Part shown: positions 55,042 through 63,672 of the stretch, in pieces
Position numbering within the stretch: the stretch's first letter is position 1
Layout of the letters: each line of letters begins with the position of its first letter
Position numbers and translations under genes: made by a program
Notes under the pieces: model-generated
The model's database searches: none
What the model saw: only the letters and a program-made list of their open reading frames with translations
Told to the model about the DNA's origin: nothing
Assembly (NCBI GenBank): GCA_002473165.1
Contig: DKSD01000011.1
Span: 2,163-66,162, forward strand
Reading direction: 5' to 3'
Length of the DNA: 64,000 nucleotides
Source: Succinatimonas sp. UBA7265
GTDB taxonomy: Bacteria; Pseudomonadota; Gammaproteobacteria; Enterobacterales; Succinivibrionaceae

Positions 55042-56799
55042 TCAGGGCAGTTTTTCAACAGCCTTGGGCTCGGCGTTCACAAAGACTATGGCCCAGCAGT
55101 CGAGGTTCTGCACGTCTTTGAAATTAAGCGCCTTGCGGTAGCGCTCAAGCTGCGCTTTGGCCTCCTCAAGCTTTGCGGCTACAGCCTGGTCTGTGCCTTT
55201 GGCTTTGGGCAGGTATTTGAGCTCCAAAAGCAGGTTCCGCCCGCCGTTTTTCAGGCTGCGCGCGAAGATATCGGCGGCGCCGTGTTCTCCGTCATCGCAC
55301 TCAAGTTTCGTCTCAAGTTTGCCCGCCCCGCCGTTTTCCAGGGTGAAGTAAAAGATGAGCTGCAGCGAGCGTTCGTTGAAGCCTGAGAAGCCGCCCCTTG
55401 AAGGTATTTTTTTAATCTGGCGGCTGACTTCGCTTAGAAGCGGCGCGATGTCGCCATTCTCTGCGAGTTTTTCAAGTTTGATGCCGTACGGCCTTTCAAA
55501 GCCGCTATTCTCGGCCACACAGTCGAGGAAGGTCTGATAACAGGCCTCGTTGGGGCAACGGTACCAGACATCCAGGCTCGCATCGCCGGTCCTCTTTGGA
55601 TCACGGGTCAGAAAGCCCATGTACGTCAGTATCGAGACCGCCTGCTCCCTGCCGAAATTATTTGCTTTGTTCAGGTTCAGATCTTTGGGCTCTCCTGAAG
55701 CAATTCCCTCGCGCCTGAAAATGGCGCCTGTGAGTTCATCGGCGACGCCTGGTTCGGCAAGGTTGAGCATGCCTCCAAGTTTGCCGGCGTCCATGTCGGA
55801 GCTGCTGTCGGTCAAAGCCCTAGGGATCTCACGCTCTTTGATGAGGCTGTGCAGGAACGTCAGGCACATGTTGGGGCAGAAGATCTTCTCCGTCGCTTGT
55901 TTTGAGAACAGGTAGCCGTCATAGCGCTGTTCCATAACGTCCATGATCTGAGCCTTGTTTATGCCGCCTAAAAGGCTGAAATCCACGGTCTCATCGATGA
56001 TCTGTGAGAGTTCGTCATGCGTGAACCCGGCCATGGCGTTGAACTCGGCGTCCGCGCTGATGTTGGTGCCGATGTTGAAGCCTGAGGTCATTGAATCCAG
56101 CGAGATCGCCGACACTCCGGTCATGAAGATCTTTGCAATCGGCTTGTCTTTCTCAGGGCCTTTGTAGCGTTTGAGGCAGGTATAGAAAGACTTGACCAGT
56201 CCGCTGTGGCCCTCCTCGGTTGATGTCAGATCGCGGAAGGCTTCACGGTCTTTGGAGAGCACCTCATTGATAAAATGATCGTATTCATCGATGATGAAGT
56301 ACAGCCATTCCCCGGACTTTGAATGACTGCGAAAATTGGCGATGAATCTGGTTATAACTTTTGCAGGATCATCGCCGGGATCCTTTTCAAAAAAGCTCGC
56401 CGGCAGCCCCCTGTCGGGATAGCGGTCCGAAAAATCCTTGAAAGCTCCGCAAAGCTCTGAGATCAGCCCGCCGGCGATCCCTGAGACTTTTGAGGTGACA
56501 GAGGAGAAGTCCAGCCTCACGCAGTAATAGGAATTTTTATACTCGGTGGGATGGCTGTAAATCCAGGTTCCCTTAAAGTTGTTCTCAAAGTCCGGCGCCT
56601 TGCTTTTGTCGTAATAATTAAACAGGATGTCGGTAAACAGCGTCTTGCCAAAGCGCCGCGGGCGCAGAAAAACCGGTACGTCAGGAGAATCAGGGCGTTC
56701 AAGAATTTCAATGTAATTTGTCTTATCGGCAAAGGCGAGCCTGCGCGCCATAATGTATGAAAGCGAAGCGATCCCCGGCTGAATATATCTGAGTTTCAT
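55042..56799 (-). CDS. Second, diverged AAA-ATPase_like + PD-(D/E)XK (PDDEXK_9-type) protein
   Basis: 'FADKTNYI...FLRPRRFGKTLFTDIL', Walker B 'YFIIDEYDHFI', and C-terminal 'GAADIFARS...LLLELKYL'. GAGGAA RBS upstream of the ATG at 56799. Confidence 0.75.
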   Translation of the reverse strand: MKLRYIQPGIASLSYIMARRLAFADKTNYIEILERPDSPDVPVFLRPRRFGKTLFTDILFNYYDKSKAPDFENNFKGTWIYSHPTEYKNSYYCVRLDFSSVTSKVSGIAGGLISELCGAFKDFSDRYPDRGLPASFFEKDPGDDPAKVITRFIANFRSHSKSGEWLYFIIDEYDHFINEVLSKDREAFRDLTSTEEGHSGLVKSFYTCLKRYKGPEKDKPIAKIFMTGVSAISLDSMTSGFNIGTNISADAEFNAMAGFTHDELSQIIDETVDFSLLGGINKAQIMDVMEQRYDGYLFSKQATEKIFCPNMCLTFLHSLIKEREIPRALTDSSSDMDAGKLGGMLNLAEPGVADELTGAIFRREGIASGEPKDLNLNKANNFGREQAVSILTYMGFLTRDPKRTGDASLDVWYRCPNEACYQTFLDCVAENSGFERPYGIKLEKLAENGDIAPLLSEVSRQIKKIPSRGGFSGFNERSLQLIFYFTLENGGAGKLETKLECDDGEHGAADIFARSLKNGGRNLLLELKYLPKAKGTDQAVAAKLEEAKAQLERYRKALNFKDVQNLDCWAIVFVNAEPKAVEKLP

Positions 56800-57003
56800 A
56801 TGGCAGTTCCTCATGCTTATATCTTATTTTATCATCTATTTTTCACTGTTTTTTGGGTTAACGAACCGGCCTGGCTGAACATCTCACAGCCCCTGGCTCT
56901 GGTCCTGCCAGGCGGGCACCCCTGAAGCAGTCATGCCGCTCTTGCAATGTCTTTTAATCAAATTAGAATGTAAGTTCAGTCTATCGCGTCACAAGGAGCT
57001 TCT

Positions 57004-57756
57004 TTGAAACCCGTTTTCATCGCCGGCCCCTGCGTCATCGAATCGCAGGAGCTGCTCTCAGAGGTTGCCCGCGAGATCGTCAGGCTCAATGACACTTACG
57101 GCATCCGGATCATCTTTAAAGCCTCGTTTGACAAAGCCAACCGCACCTCGCTGCGCTCCTTCCGCGGCCCGGGCCTTGAAAAAGGCGTAGCCATGCTCAA
57201 AAAAGTCAAAGACGAATTCGGCCTTAAGATCCTCACGGACATCCACGAGGCCTGGCAGGCGCAGCCGGTGTCCGAGGTCGCCGATGTTTTGCAGATCCCC
57301 GCATTCCTCTGCCGCCAGACCGATCTCATCACCGCCGCGGCCAAAACCGGCAGGATCATCAATATCAAGAAAGCGCAGTTCCTCTCAGGAAAAGACATGC
57401 GCTACCCCGTGGAAAAAGCCCGCGACGCCGGGGCCAAAGAGGTCTGGCTTACCGAGCGCGGCAGCTGCTTTGGCTACAACAACCTCGTTGTCGATTTCCG
57501 CAATATTCCGGACATGAAAGAGTTAGTGCCGACGGTGATCATGGACTGCACGCACAGCGTGCAGCGCCCGGGCTCGGGCAACGGCTCCACGGGCGGCGAT
57601 CGCCGCTTCGTGCCCATGATGGCCAAAGCCGCGCAGGCTTTCGGCGCCACGGGGTATTTCTTTGAGGTCCACCCCGATCCTGACAAAGCTTTAAGCGACG
57701 GCCCCAACATGCTGCGCCTTGAAGATCTCGAAGCCGTGACAGGAGGACTGCTGTGA
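57004..57756 (+). CDS. kdsA: 3-deoxy-8-phosphooctulonate (KDO8P) synthase, short Aquifex-type form with active-site Cys
   Basis: 'FIAGPCVIES', 'FKASFDKANRTS', 'IPAFLCRQTDL', 'DCTHSVQ', 'HPDPDKALSDG'. TTG start with AAGGAG 5 nt upstream. Confidence 0.9.
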   Translation: MKPVFIAGPCVIESQELLSEVAREIVRLNDTYGIRIIFKASFDKANRTSLRSFRGPGLEKGVAMLKKVKDEFGLKILTDIHEAWQAQPVSEVADVLQIPAFLCRQTDLITAAAKTGRIINIKKAQFLSGKDMRYPVEKARDAGAKEVWLTERGSCFGYNNLVVDFRNIPDMKELVPTVIMDCTHSVQRPGSGNGSTGGDRRFVPMMAKAAQAFGATGYFFEVHPDPDKALSDGPNMLRLEDLEAVTGGLL

Positions 57757-58727
57757 GCGCGAACGCTGAAAACCGGACTGCCTGCCGCCAGTACGGCGAG
57801 CAGTGCTTAAGGGAGGAAGCGCAGGCGCTTTTAGGCCTCATCCCCCAGCTTGACGACAATTTCGATGCCGCAGCACAGCTCATCTTAAACTGCCGCGGCA
57901 AGCTCATCGTCACCGGCGTGGGCAAGAGCGGCCATATCGGCGCCAAGATCGCGGCCACTCTGGCCTCAACCGGCACCCCGGCTTTTTTTGTAAACCCGCT
58001 TGACGCCTACCACGGCGATCTCGGCGTGATAGGCGAGGATGACGTGGTGCTGGCGATCTCCTACTCAGGAAACACCGACGAGCTGCTGCGTTTCATCCCG
58101 CTGCTCTTAAAGCGCCGCGTCAAAATCATCGGCATGAGCGGCTTTAAAGACTCGCTGCTAGGCCGCTACTCTGATGTGTTTTTGCGCGCGCACGTCGAGC
58201 GCGAGGCCGATCCCAACAATCTCGCCCCGACAGCGTCCACGACGGCAGCGCTCGCGTTAGGCGACGCCCTGGCCTGCGCGCTCATCAGGCTGCGCGCGTT
58301 TAAGAGCGAGGATTTTGCGCAGTTCCACCCGGGCGGGAGCCTGGGGCGCAGGCTGCTTACCACCGCCGAGGATGTCATGCACAAAGCCCCGCTGCCCTGC
58401 CTTGCCCCGGACACGCGCTTAGGCGATGCGCTCATCGCCATCTCAGACGGCAAGCTGGGCTTAGGCATCATCAACGCCCCCGACGGGACGCTTTTGGGCC
58501 TCATCACCGACGGCGACATGCGCCGGGCCATGCAGAAAAACCGCGAGCGCTTCTTTGAAACGCGCTGCGAGGAGGTCATGACAAAAGAGCCCTGCTGCGT
58601 CAGCCCTCAAACCCGCATCGCCGAGGTGGAAAAGCTCTTCTCGCAGCGCCTCATCCACTCGGTGCTCGTAACCGATGACAGGCATCAGGTCATCGGCGTC
58701 GTCGATCAGTTCCAGTGCATGCTTTAA
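57753..58727 (+). CDS. kdsD: Arabinose-5-phosphate isomerase (SIS plus tandem CBS)
   Basis: 'GKLIVTGVGKSGHIGAKIAATLASTGTPAFF', 'ISYSGNTDE', 'FHPGGSLGRRLL', and CBS pairs. The GTG start overlaps the kdsA stop (GTGA). Confidence 0.92.
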   Translation: MSANAENRTACRQYGEQCLREEAQALLGLIPQLDDNFDAAAQLILNCRGKLIVTGVGKSGHIGAKIAATLASTGTPAFFVNPLDAYHGDLGVIGEDDVVLAISYSGNTDELLRFIPLLLKRRVKIIGMSGFKDSLLGRYSDVFLRAHVEREADPNNLAPTASTTAALALGDALACALIRLRAFKSEDFAQFHPGGSLGRRLLTTAEDVMHKAPLPCLAPDTRLGDALIAISDGKLGLGIINAPDGTLLGLITDGDMRRAMQKNRERFFETRCEEVMTKEPCCVSPQTRIAEVEKLFSQRLIHSVLVTDDRHQVIGVVDQFQCML

Positions 58728-58761
58728 GCGGGATTTTCCTTTAATCCTCCATCCTTGCAAA

Positions 58762-58792
58762 GCAGGCGGCCTCAGGCCGCCTGCGCTGTTTT
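58762..58792 (+). terminator. Rho-independent terminator of kdsAD
   Basis: gcaggcggcc-tca-ggccgcctgc followed by gctgtttt. Confidence 0.75.
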
Positions 58793-59083
58793 CAGGAGCG
58801 CAACCAGATGCGCTTTGGGCATTTGTCCTTCATACAGATCAGATCAGTTGCGGATTTAACAGGCAGATTGCGATCTTTGCGGAAAATGCTTTAGGCGCAA
58901 AAACTTGTATGCAATTTATGGGGCTGCTGTATTTGCGCCAGGGTTTACGTACCGGGAAGGACCCGACTTGGGCGAGAAAAAAGATCAGATCAATTTTCAA
59001 AGTGCGACTTACAGCACAGCAGCGCCGGCCCCGCTTTGTTTTAATGATGCCATTGCTACATGATCATTTATGGAGTGTTAATC

Positions 59084-59839
59084 ATGATCCTCAAAGGCAA
59101 AAATGCAGTGGTGTCCGGCGGCAGCCGCGGCATCGGCTTTGCGATCGCCAAGCTCTTCTTTGAAGAGGGCGCTAACGTCTACATCATGTCCAGAAACGCT
59201 GAGAAGCTCGCCGAGGCGGCCAAGCGCATCGATCCCAAGACCGAGCGCTGCCACGCGGTGCAGTGTGACGTCAGCTCCCAGAGCTCGGTGAACGACGCCT
59301 TTGCACGCATCAAGGCCGACGGCGTGAAGATCGACATCCTCGTCAATGACGCCGGCGTCAACCTCCGCGGCCCGCTGGAGGAGATGGATCTTGAGACCTG
59401 GCAGAAAGTCCTCGACATCAACCTCACCGGCACGTTTCTGCTCACAAAGAAAGTCTTCGAGGACATGAAGGCTCAGGGCAAGGGCAAGATCATCAACATC
59501 GCCTCCCTGATGTCCGAGGTCGCCCGTCCGACCATCAGCCCGTACGTAGCCTCCAAGGGCGGCGTCAAGATGTTCACGAAAGCGATCGCCGTGGAGTGGG
59601 CCAAGTACCACATCCAGGCCAACGCCATCATCCCGGGCTACATCGAGACTGAGATGAACGCTCCGCTGATCGCCGATCAGGCTTTCAACTCCAAGATCGT
59701 CGACCGCACTCCGGCCGCCCGCTGGGGCAAGCCTGAGGAAGTCGCCCAGGCAGCGCTGTTCTTCGCGTCGCCGGCCTCTGATTTCGTCACTGGCCAGGCT
59801 CTGGCTGTCGACGGCGGCATCCTCGCAGCTCTCATGTAA
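59084..59839 (+). CDS. SDR-family oxidoreductase (gluconate 5-dehydrogenase / KduD-like)
   Basis: 'VSGGSRGIGFAIA', 'NDAGV', catalytic 'YVASKGG', 'PGYIETEMN', 'RWGKPEEVA'. GGAG lies 8 nt upstream of the ATG at 59084. Confidence 0.85.
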   Translation: MILKGKNAVVSGGSRGIGFAIAKLFFEEGANVYIMSRNAEKLAEAAKRIDPKTERCHAVQCDVSSQSSVNDAFARIKADGVKIDILVNDAGVNLRGPLEEMDLETWQKVLDINLTGTFLLTKKVFEDMKAQGKGKIINIASLMSEVARPTISPYVASKGGVKMFTKAIAVEWAKYHIQANAIIPGYIETEMNAPLIADQAFNSKIVDRTPAARWGKPEEVAQAALFFASPASDFVTGQALAVDGGILAALM

Positions 59840-59860
59840 GAGGGGCGCATAAAATCATGC

Positions 59861-59885
59861 GGGGAGGCTCAGGCCTCCCCGTTTT
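59861..59885 (+). terminator. Rho-independent terminator of the SDR gene
   Basis: ggggaggc-tca-ggcctcccc followed by gtttt. Confidence 0.75.
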
Positions 59886-59966
59886 AGTCAGTGCGGCAAA
59901 GACACAACCGACACAGATCACAGCTCCACTAATTGACCGTTCACATCTCTTAAATCTTCATCTATT

Positions 59967-60299
59967 TCAAATTGCCGACGAAACTTCCCTAACCAAAGCT
60001 TTTTCTGCCAGTTTATTGACAGAAATATGCTCCTTTTTTGCAGCCAAAGCGATGAGGCTGTGCAATTTTGGAGAAATTCGAACGGTAAATTTCCCTGAAT
60101 ATGGCTTTTCCGGGATTACACCGTCTTCTTTGCACCAAGCAATATAATCATCAACCGAATCATGAAAGGCCTGTTCAATTTCTTTGACTGACTCTCCTTC
60201 GAAAGTGATGACGTCACGGGTGTTAATAACATCGCCATGAAAGATTTTGGCATCATCATCATATTCAACCATGCCAATGTAACCCTTATATTTCATCAT
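59967..60299 (-). CDS. hicB: HicB-family antitoxin (RNase-H-like N-domain plus RHH-type C-terminus)
   Basis: 'YKGYIGMVEYDDDAKIFHGDVINTRDVITFEGESVKEIEQAFHDSVDDYIAWC' and 'SGKFTVRISPKLHSLIALAAKKEHISVNKL'. Overlaps hicA by 14 nt. Confidence 0.88.
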   Translation of the reverse strand: MMKYKGYIGMVEYDDDAKIFHGDVINTRDVITFEGESVKEIEQAFHDSVDDYIAWCKEDGVIPEKPYSGKFTVRISPKLHSLIALAAKKEHISVNKLAEKALVREVSSAI

Positions 60300-60564
60300 G
60301 TTCCTTTGATTCCTTGTTTAAACCTGCTGCTTGCAGGAATTTACGTACAGATTTCACAGCACCTTTATCAGTTGTATTTTCAGGATGTGGGCGATGAAAC
60401 ACTGCTCGAACACCGTTGAGTTTTATTCTTACGCGCGAACCATTGCCTTCACTGATTTCAGCGCCTAATGCGCTAAACATAGATTCTATATCTGACCAAT
60501 CGATTCCTGATAAAACAGGATCATGCCAAATTTTTTCCCATGTTTTTGCCTGTTTTGTATTCAT
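60286..60564 (-). CDS. hicA: HicA-family mRNA-interferase toxin
   Basis: 'GNGSRVRIKLNGVRAVFHRPHP' (the conserved His is present). Small protein in toxin-first hicAB order, within an AT-rich segment. Confidence 0.8.
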   Translation of the reverse strand: MNTKQAKTWEKIWHDPVLSGIDWSDIESMFSALGAEISEGNGSRVRIKLNGVRAVFHRPHPENTTDKGAVKSVRKFLQAAGLNKESKEHDEI

Positions 60565-60571
60565 AGTTAAA

Positions 60572-60592
60572 TGATACCATTTTTTGATACCA
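60572..60592. promoter_or_regulatory. Direct repeat TGATACCA-N5-TGATACCA immediately upstream of hicA; candidate operator
   Basis: Copies at 60572-79 and 60585-92, 8-28 nt upstream of the hicA ATG. Confidence 0.35.
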
Positions 60593-60697
60593 CCAGCAAT
60601 AAGTAACTCATATCAAATTAATATACATAAATATACTGTTATATCAAGCAATTAATTTTATACGTCTAAATTAAAGCCCGCACTTTCAGGCAAATTT

Positions 60698-60729
60698 AAG
60701 CCGCCGCGGGGATCTCCCGGCGGCGGCTT
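60698..60729 (-). terminator. Possible terminator of dapB
   Basis: About 13-bp GC stem (aagccgccgcggg / cccggcggcggctt, one mismatch). The minus-strand downstream sequence is ttaaattt. Confidence 0.45.
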
Positions 60730-60747
60730 TAGTGCGGCACTCTTTGC

Positions 60748-61518
60748 CTATTTAAGCCCGAGCACGTCGTTTAAACTGTAGAGCGCGGGCTTCTTGTCGG
60801 CAACCCAGCGGGCGGCGCGCAGCGCGCCTGAGGCGAAGGTCTGGCGCGAGGTGGCGATGTGCTTTAACTCAAGCCGCTCGCCGTCGCAGCAGAACATCGC
60901 GGTGTGATCGCCGACGATGTCGCCGCCGCGCACCGACGAAAAGCCGATGGTGCCGTACTGGCGGGCGCCGGTGTCGCCGTTGCGCCCGGCCACCATGACA
61001 TCCTTGAGCGCGACATGACGGGCCGAGGCCGCGGCCTCGCCCATGGCCAGCGCGGTCCCGGAAGGGGCGTCGACCTTGTAGCGGTGGTGGGCCTCGACGA
61101 TCTCGAGATCCGCATCCTGCAGCACGGCCGCGGTCTTGGCGATGAGGTTTAAGAGCACGTTCACGCCCACGGAGAAATTGGCGGCAAAAACGACAGGGAT
61201 CGCCTTGGAGGCCTGCCTGATCTCGTCTTTCTGGGCGGCGCTGAAACCGGTGGTGCCCAGCACCACAGGAAGCTTGTGCGCCACGGCAAACTTTAAGACC
61301 TTAAGCGAGGCCTCGGGGCGGGAGAAGTCCACAAAGAGGTCCGGGATCTCCTTTAAGAGCTCAGGATCGGCGACGGTCTCAGCGGTGCAGCCTGCAGGCA
61401 GCGTTTCAGCGTTGCGATCGATGCCGCACACCACTTTCACGCCGTCCATGCCCTGGCAGCAATCCCACAGGGCGTGGCCCATGCGTCCGCCCAGTCCCAC
61501 GATTCCAATTCTCAGCAC
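60748..61518 (-). CDS. dapB: 4-hydroxy-tetrahydrodipicolinate reductase
   Basis: 'IGIVGLGGRMG', 'EAHHRYKVDAPSGTAL', 'SVRGGDIVGDHT'. GTG start preceded by AAGGAGG inside the end of the upstream GNAT gene. Confidence 0.93.
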   Translation of the reverse strand: MLRIGIVGLGGRMGHALWDCCQGMDGVKVVCGIDRNAETLPAGCTAETVADPELLKEIPDLFVDFSRPEASLKVLKFAVAHKLPVVLGTTGFSAAQKDEIRQASKAIPVVFAANFSVGVNVLLNLIAKTAAVLQDADLEIVEAHHRYKVDAPSGTALAMGEAAASARHVALKDVMVAGRNGDTGARQYGTIGFSSVRGGDIVGDHTAMFCCDGERLELKHIATSRQTFASGALRAARWVADKKPALYSLNDVLGLK

Positions 61519-61519
61519 T

Positions 61520-61996
61520 TCAGACCTCCTTGGTCATGATGATCAGATGAGCCGATCTTACGCCCGAAGCACAAAAATGTAACGTACGGTAGAAGTCCTG
61601 TGCACCATGATTGAGCATTTCGACGTGCACCGTCAGGCGGTGGCCGCCCTGCATCCTCACGACATGCGCCGCGGTGTCCATAAGAAAGCGGCCGATCCCG
61701 TGCCGCAGATGCCTGGGGGAGACATAGAGCGCATGCACGGCGCCCTGGCTAAGCTCGCCGCGAAAGCTCAGAAATCCCAAAAGCTCCTCGGCGCCGGGCT
61801 TTGGGGCGCGCACGGCGAGGATCACCCTGGCGTTGCCTGAAAGCCGGCGCTTCCACACCTCGGACATCTCCGTTACCGAGATGGTCATGGGGCGCTCGCG
61901 GCGCTCGACTTCCGCCGACTGCAGCTCGGTGATCGCTATCTGCGCGCAGTCCTCAAGGCGGGCCCAGCGCAGGCTCACCTCATCCTGAAACGGCAT
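61520..61996 (-). CDS. GNAT-family N-acetyltransferase
   Basis: 'LYVSPRHLRHGIGRFLMD' (motif A) and 'FYRTLHF'. Overlaps the recN 3' end by 17 nt. Confidence 0.7.
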   Translation of the reverse strand: MPFQDEVSLRWARLEDCAQIAITELQSAEVERRERPMTISVTEMSEVWKRRLSGNARVILAVRAPKPGAEELLGFLSFRGELSQGAVHALYVSPRHLRHGIGRFLMDTAAHVVRMQGGHRLTVHVEMLNHGAQDFYRTLHFCASGVRSAHLIIMTKEV

Positions 61997-63668
61997 CGTC
62001 CGCGCCGTGGCGCAGCAGCGCCAGCGCCCCCTGCCGCGTGGCCTCGGTGACCACGCTGCCGCCCATCATGCGCGAGATCTCATCGACCCTGCCCCGCTCG
62101 TCAAGTTCGCGGATCTTTGAGATGACGCCGTCAGAGGTGTTCTCCTTGGTTACGAGCAGCTGCTGCCGCGCCGCCGCCGCAACCTGCGGCAGATGGGTGA
62201 CGCACAAAACCTGCACGCGCTGCCCGAGCTTTTTTAGGAGATCGCCCACGGCCGAGGCGGTGCGCCCGGAGATCCCGGTGTCGACCTCGTCAAAGATGAG
62301 CGTGGGCGTCGAGTTGCGCCCGGAGGTTAAGACCTCGATGGCCAGAGCCAGGCGCGAGAGCTCGCCGCCTGAGGCGACCTCGCCTAAAGCGCGCGGCTGC
62401 TGGCCTAAATTTGCCGAAAAGAGGAAGAGGCACTCGTCGCGCCCGTCGCGGCGCGGGCGGCATTCGCGATCGCAAATAACCTGCACTTTAAACACGCCGT
62501 CAGGCATGGCCAGAGTGCGGATGAGCGCTGTGACCTGCTCTCCCATGGAGGAGGCGGCCTCCGCCCTTGCTTTGGATAACGCCTCTGCCGCCTCTTCATA
62601 GGCGGCGCGCAGCGTTTTGACCTCGGATGTGAGCTTGGTGATCGCCTCTTTGAGCGAGAGGAAATGCCCAAGCCGCCCTTCAAGATCGGCAGCCACCGTC
62701 CAGAGTTTGCCAGGCTCGGTGCGAAAGCGGCGGGCCAGATCGTGGCACTGCTCAAGCTTGTCCGAGAGCTCTTTTGAGAGCGCCGGATCAGAGACGGCGG
62801 CGTAAGAGGCCAGGGCGTCGCGCGCCTCGGCAAGTTTCTCCAGGCCTGAGGTAAAGCTTTCGATGATGGGATCGAGCCTTTCGTGATCGTACTGCGCCGC
62901 CCCTTCGAGATCGCGAAGCCTGCTCTCCAACACATCTATGACGTTGTGCTCGTCATCTGAGAGCGCGGCCAGCGCCAGCGCCGCGGCCTGATCGGTCTCC
63001 TCGGCGTGCATGAGTGAGTCGTAGCGCGCGGAGAGCGCCTCATAGTCGCCGTCGCTGAGATCGAGCTGACGCAAAAGCTCCAAATCCGCGCGCTCCTCTT
63101 TAAAGGCCGCGGCGCCGTCGCGCTGCTCGTCGGCAAGCTTTTGCAGCTCCTGCCTTTTGGCGTTGTATTTTGCAAAAGCCTCGCGCACGGCTTTAAGCTT
63201 GTCTTCAAGGCCGCCAAAGCCGTCCAGGAGCTCCAGCTGGCGGTGCGGATCGGCAAGGCGCACCGAGGCGTGCTGCCCGTGCACGGAGATGAGCGCCGCG
63301 CCGATGTCGCGCAGCTGCGAGAGGTTGGCCGCATGGCCGTTGACAAAGGCGCGCGACTTGCCGTCCGCGCCTAAGACGCGGCGCAGCACCAGCGCGCCGT
63401 CGTCTGATAAGAGCGCGGCGTCTTTTAGCAGGGCCTTGAGCTCCTCTGAGAGCCCGTCTTCGCCGAACACGGCCTCGATCTCGGCACGCTCTGCGCCCTC
63501 GCGCACGGCCTGGGTGTTGGCGCGCTCGCCCAGAACCTGGGAGAGCGCGTCGACGGTCAGCGACTTGCCCGCGCCGGTCTCGCCGGTGATCGCGGTCATG
63601 CCGCCTTTGAATTCTATGGTGTTTTCAGCCGAGAGGCCGAAGTTTCTGACAATAAGCTGTTCTAGCAT
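61980..63668 (-). CDS. recN: DNA repair protein RecN (SMC-like ATPase)
   Basis: 'MLEQLIVRNFGL...ITGETGAGKSL', a long coiled coil, and 'ASGGELSRLALAI...LIFDEVDTGISG'. Confidence 0.95.
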   Translation of the reverse strand: MLEQLIVRNFGLSAENTIEFKGGMTAITGETGAGKSLTVDALSQVLGERANTQAVREGAERAEIEAVFGEDGLSEELKALLKDAALLSDDGALVLRRVLGADGKSRAFVNGHAANLSQLRDIGAALISVHGQHASVRLADPHRQLELLDGFGGLEDKLKAVREAFAKYNAKRQELQKLADEQRDGAAAFKEERADLELLRQLDLSDGDYEALSARYDSLMHAEETDQAAALALAALSDDEHNVIDVLESRLRDLEGAAQYDHERLDPIIESFTSGLEKLAEARDALASYAAVSDPALSKELSDKLEQCHDLARRFRTEPGKLWTVAADLEGRLGHFLSLKEAITKLTSEVKTLRAAYEEAAEALSKARAEAASSMGEQVTALIRTLAMPDGVFKVQVICDRECRPRRDGRDECLFLFSANLGQQPRALGEVASGGELSRLALAIEVLTSGRNSTPTLIFDEVDTGISGRTASAVGDLLKKLGQRVQVLCVTHLPQVAAAARQQLLVTKENTSDGVISKIRELDERGRVDEISRMMGGSVVTEATRQGALALLRHGADDAVSG

Positions 63669-63672
63669 GGCT

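Noticed and set aside
58675-59163. The 162-aa ORF spanning the kdsD-SDR intergenic region, and other short ORFs in gaps (23333..23597, 40894..41094, 42696..42881).
   Set aside because: - They have no RBS, run across terminators or promoter-like AT-rich DNA, and overlap the real downstream start.
- Their translations lack any family features.
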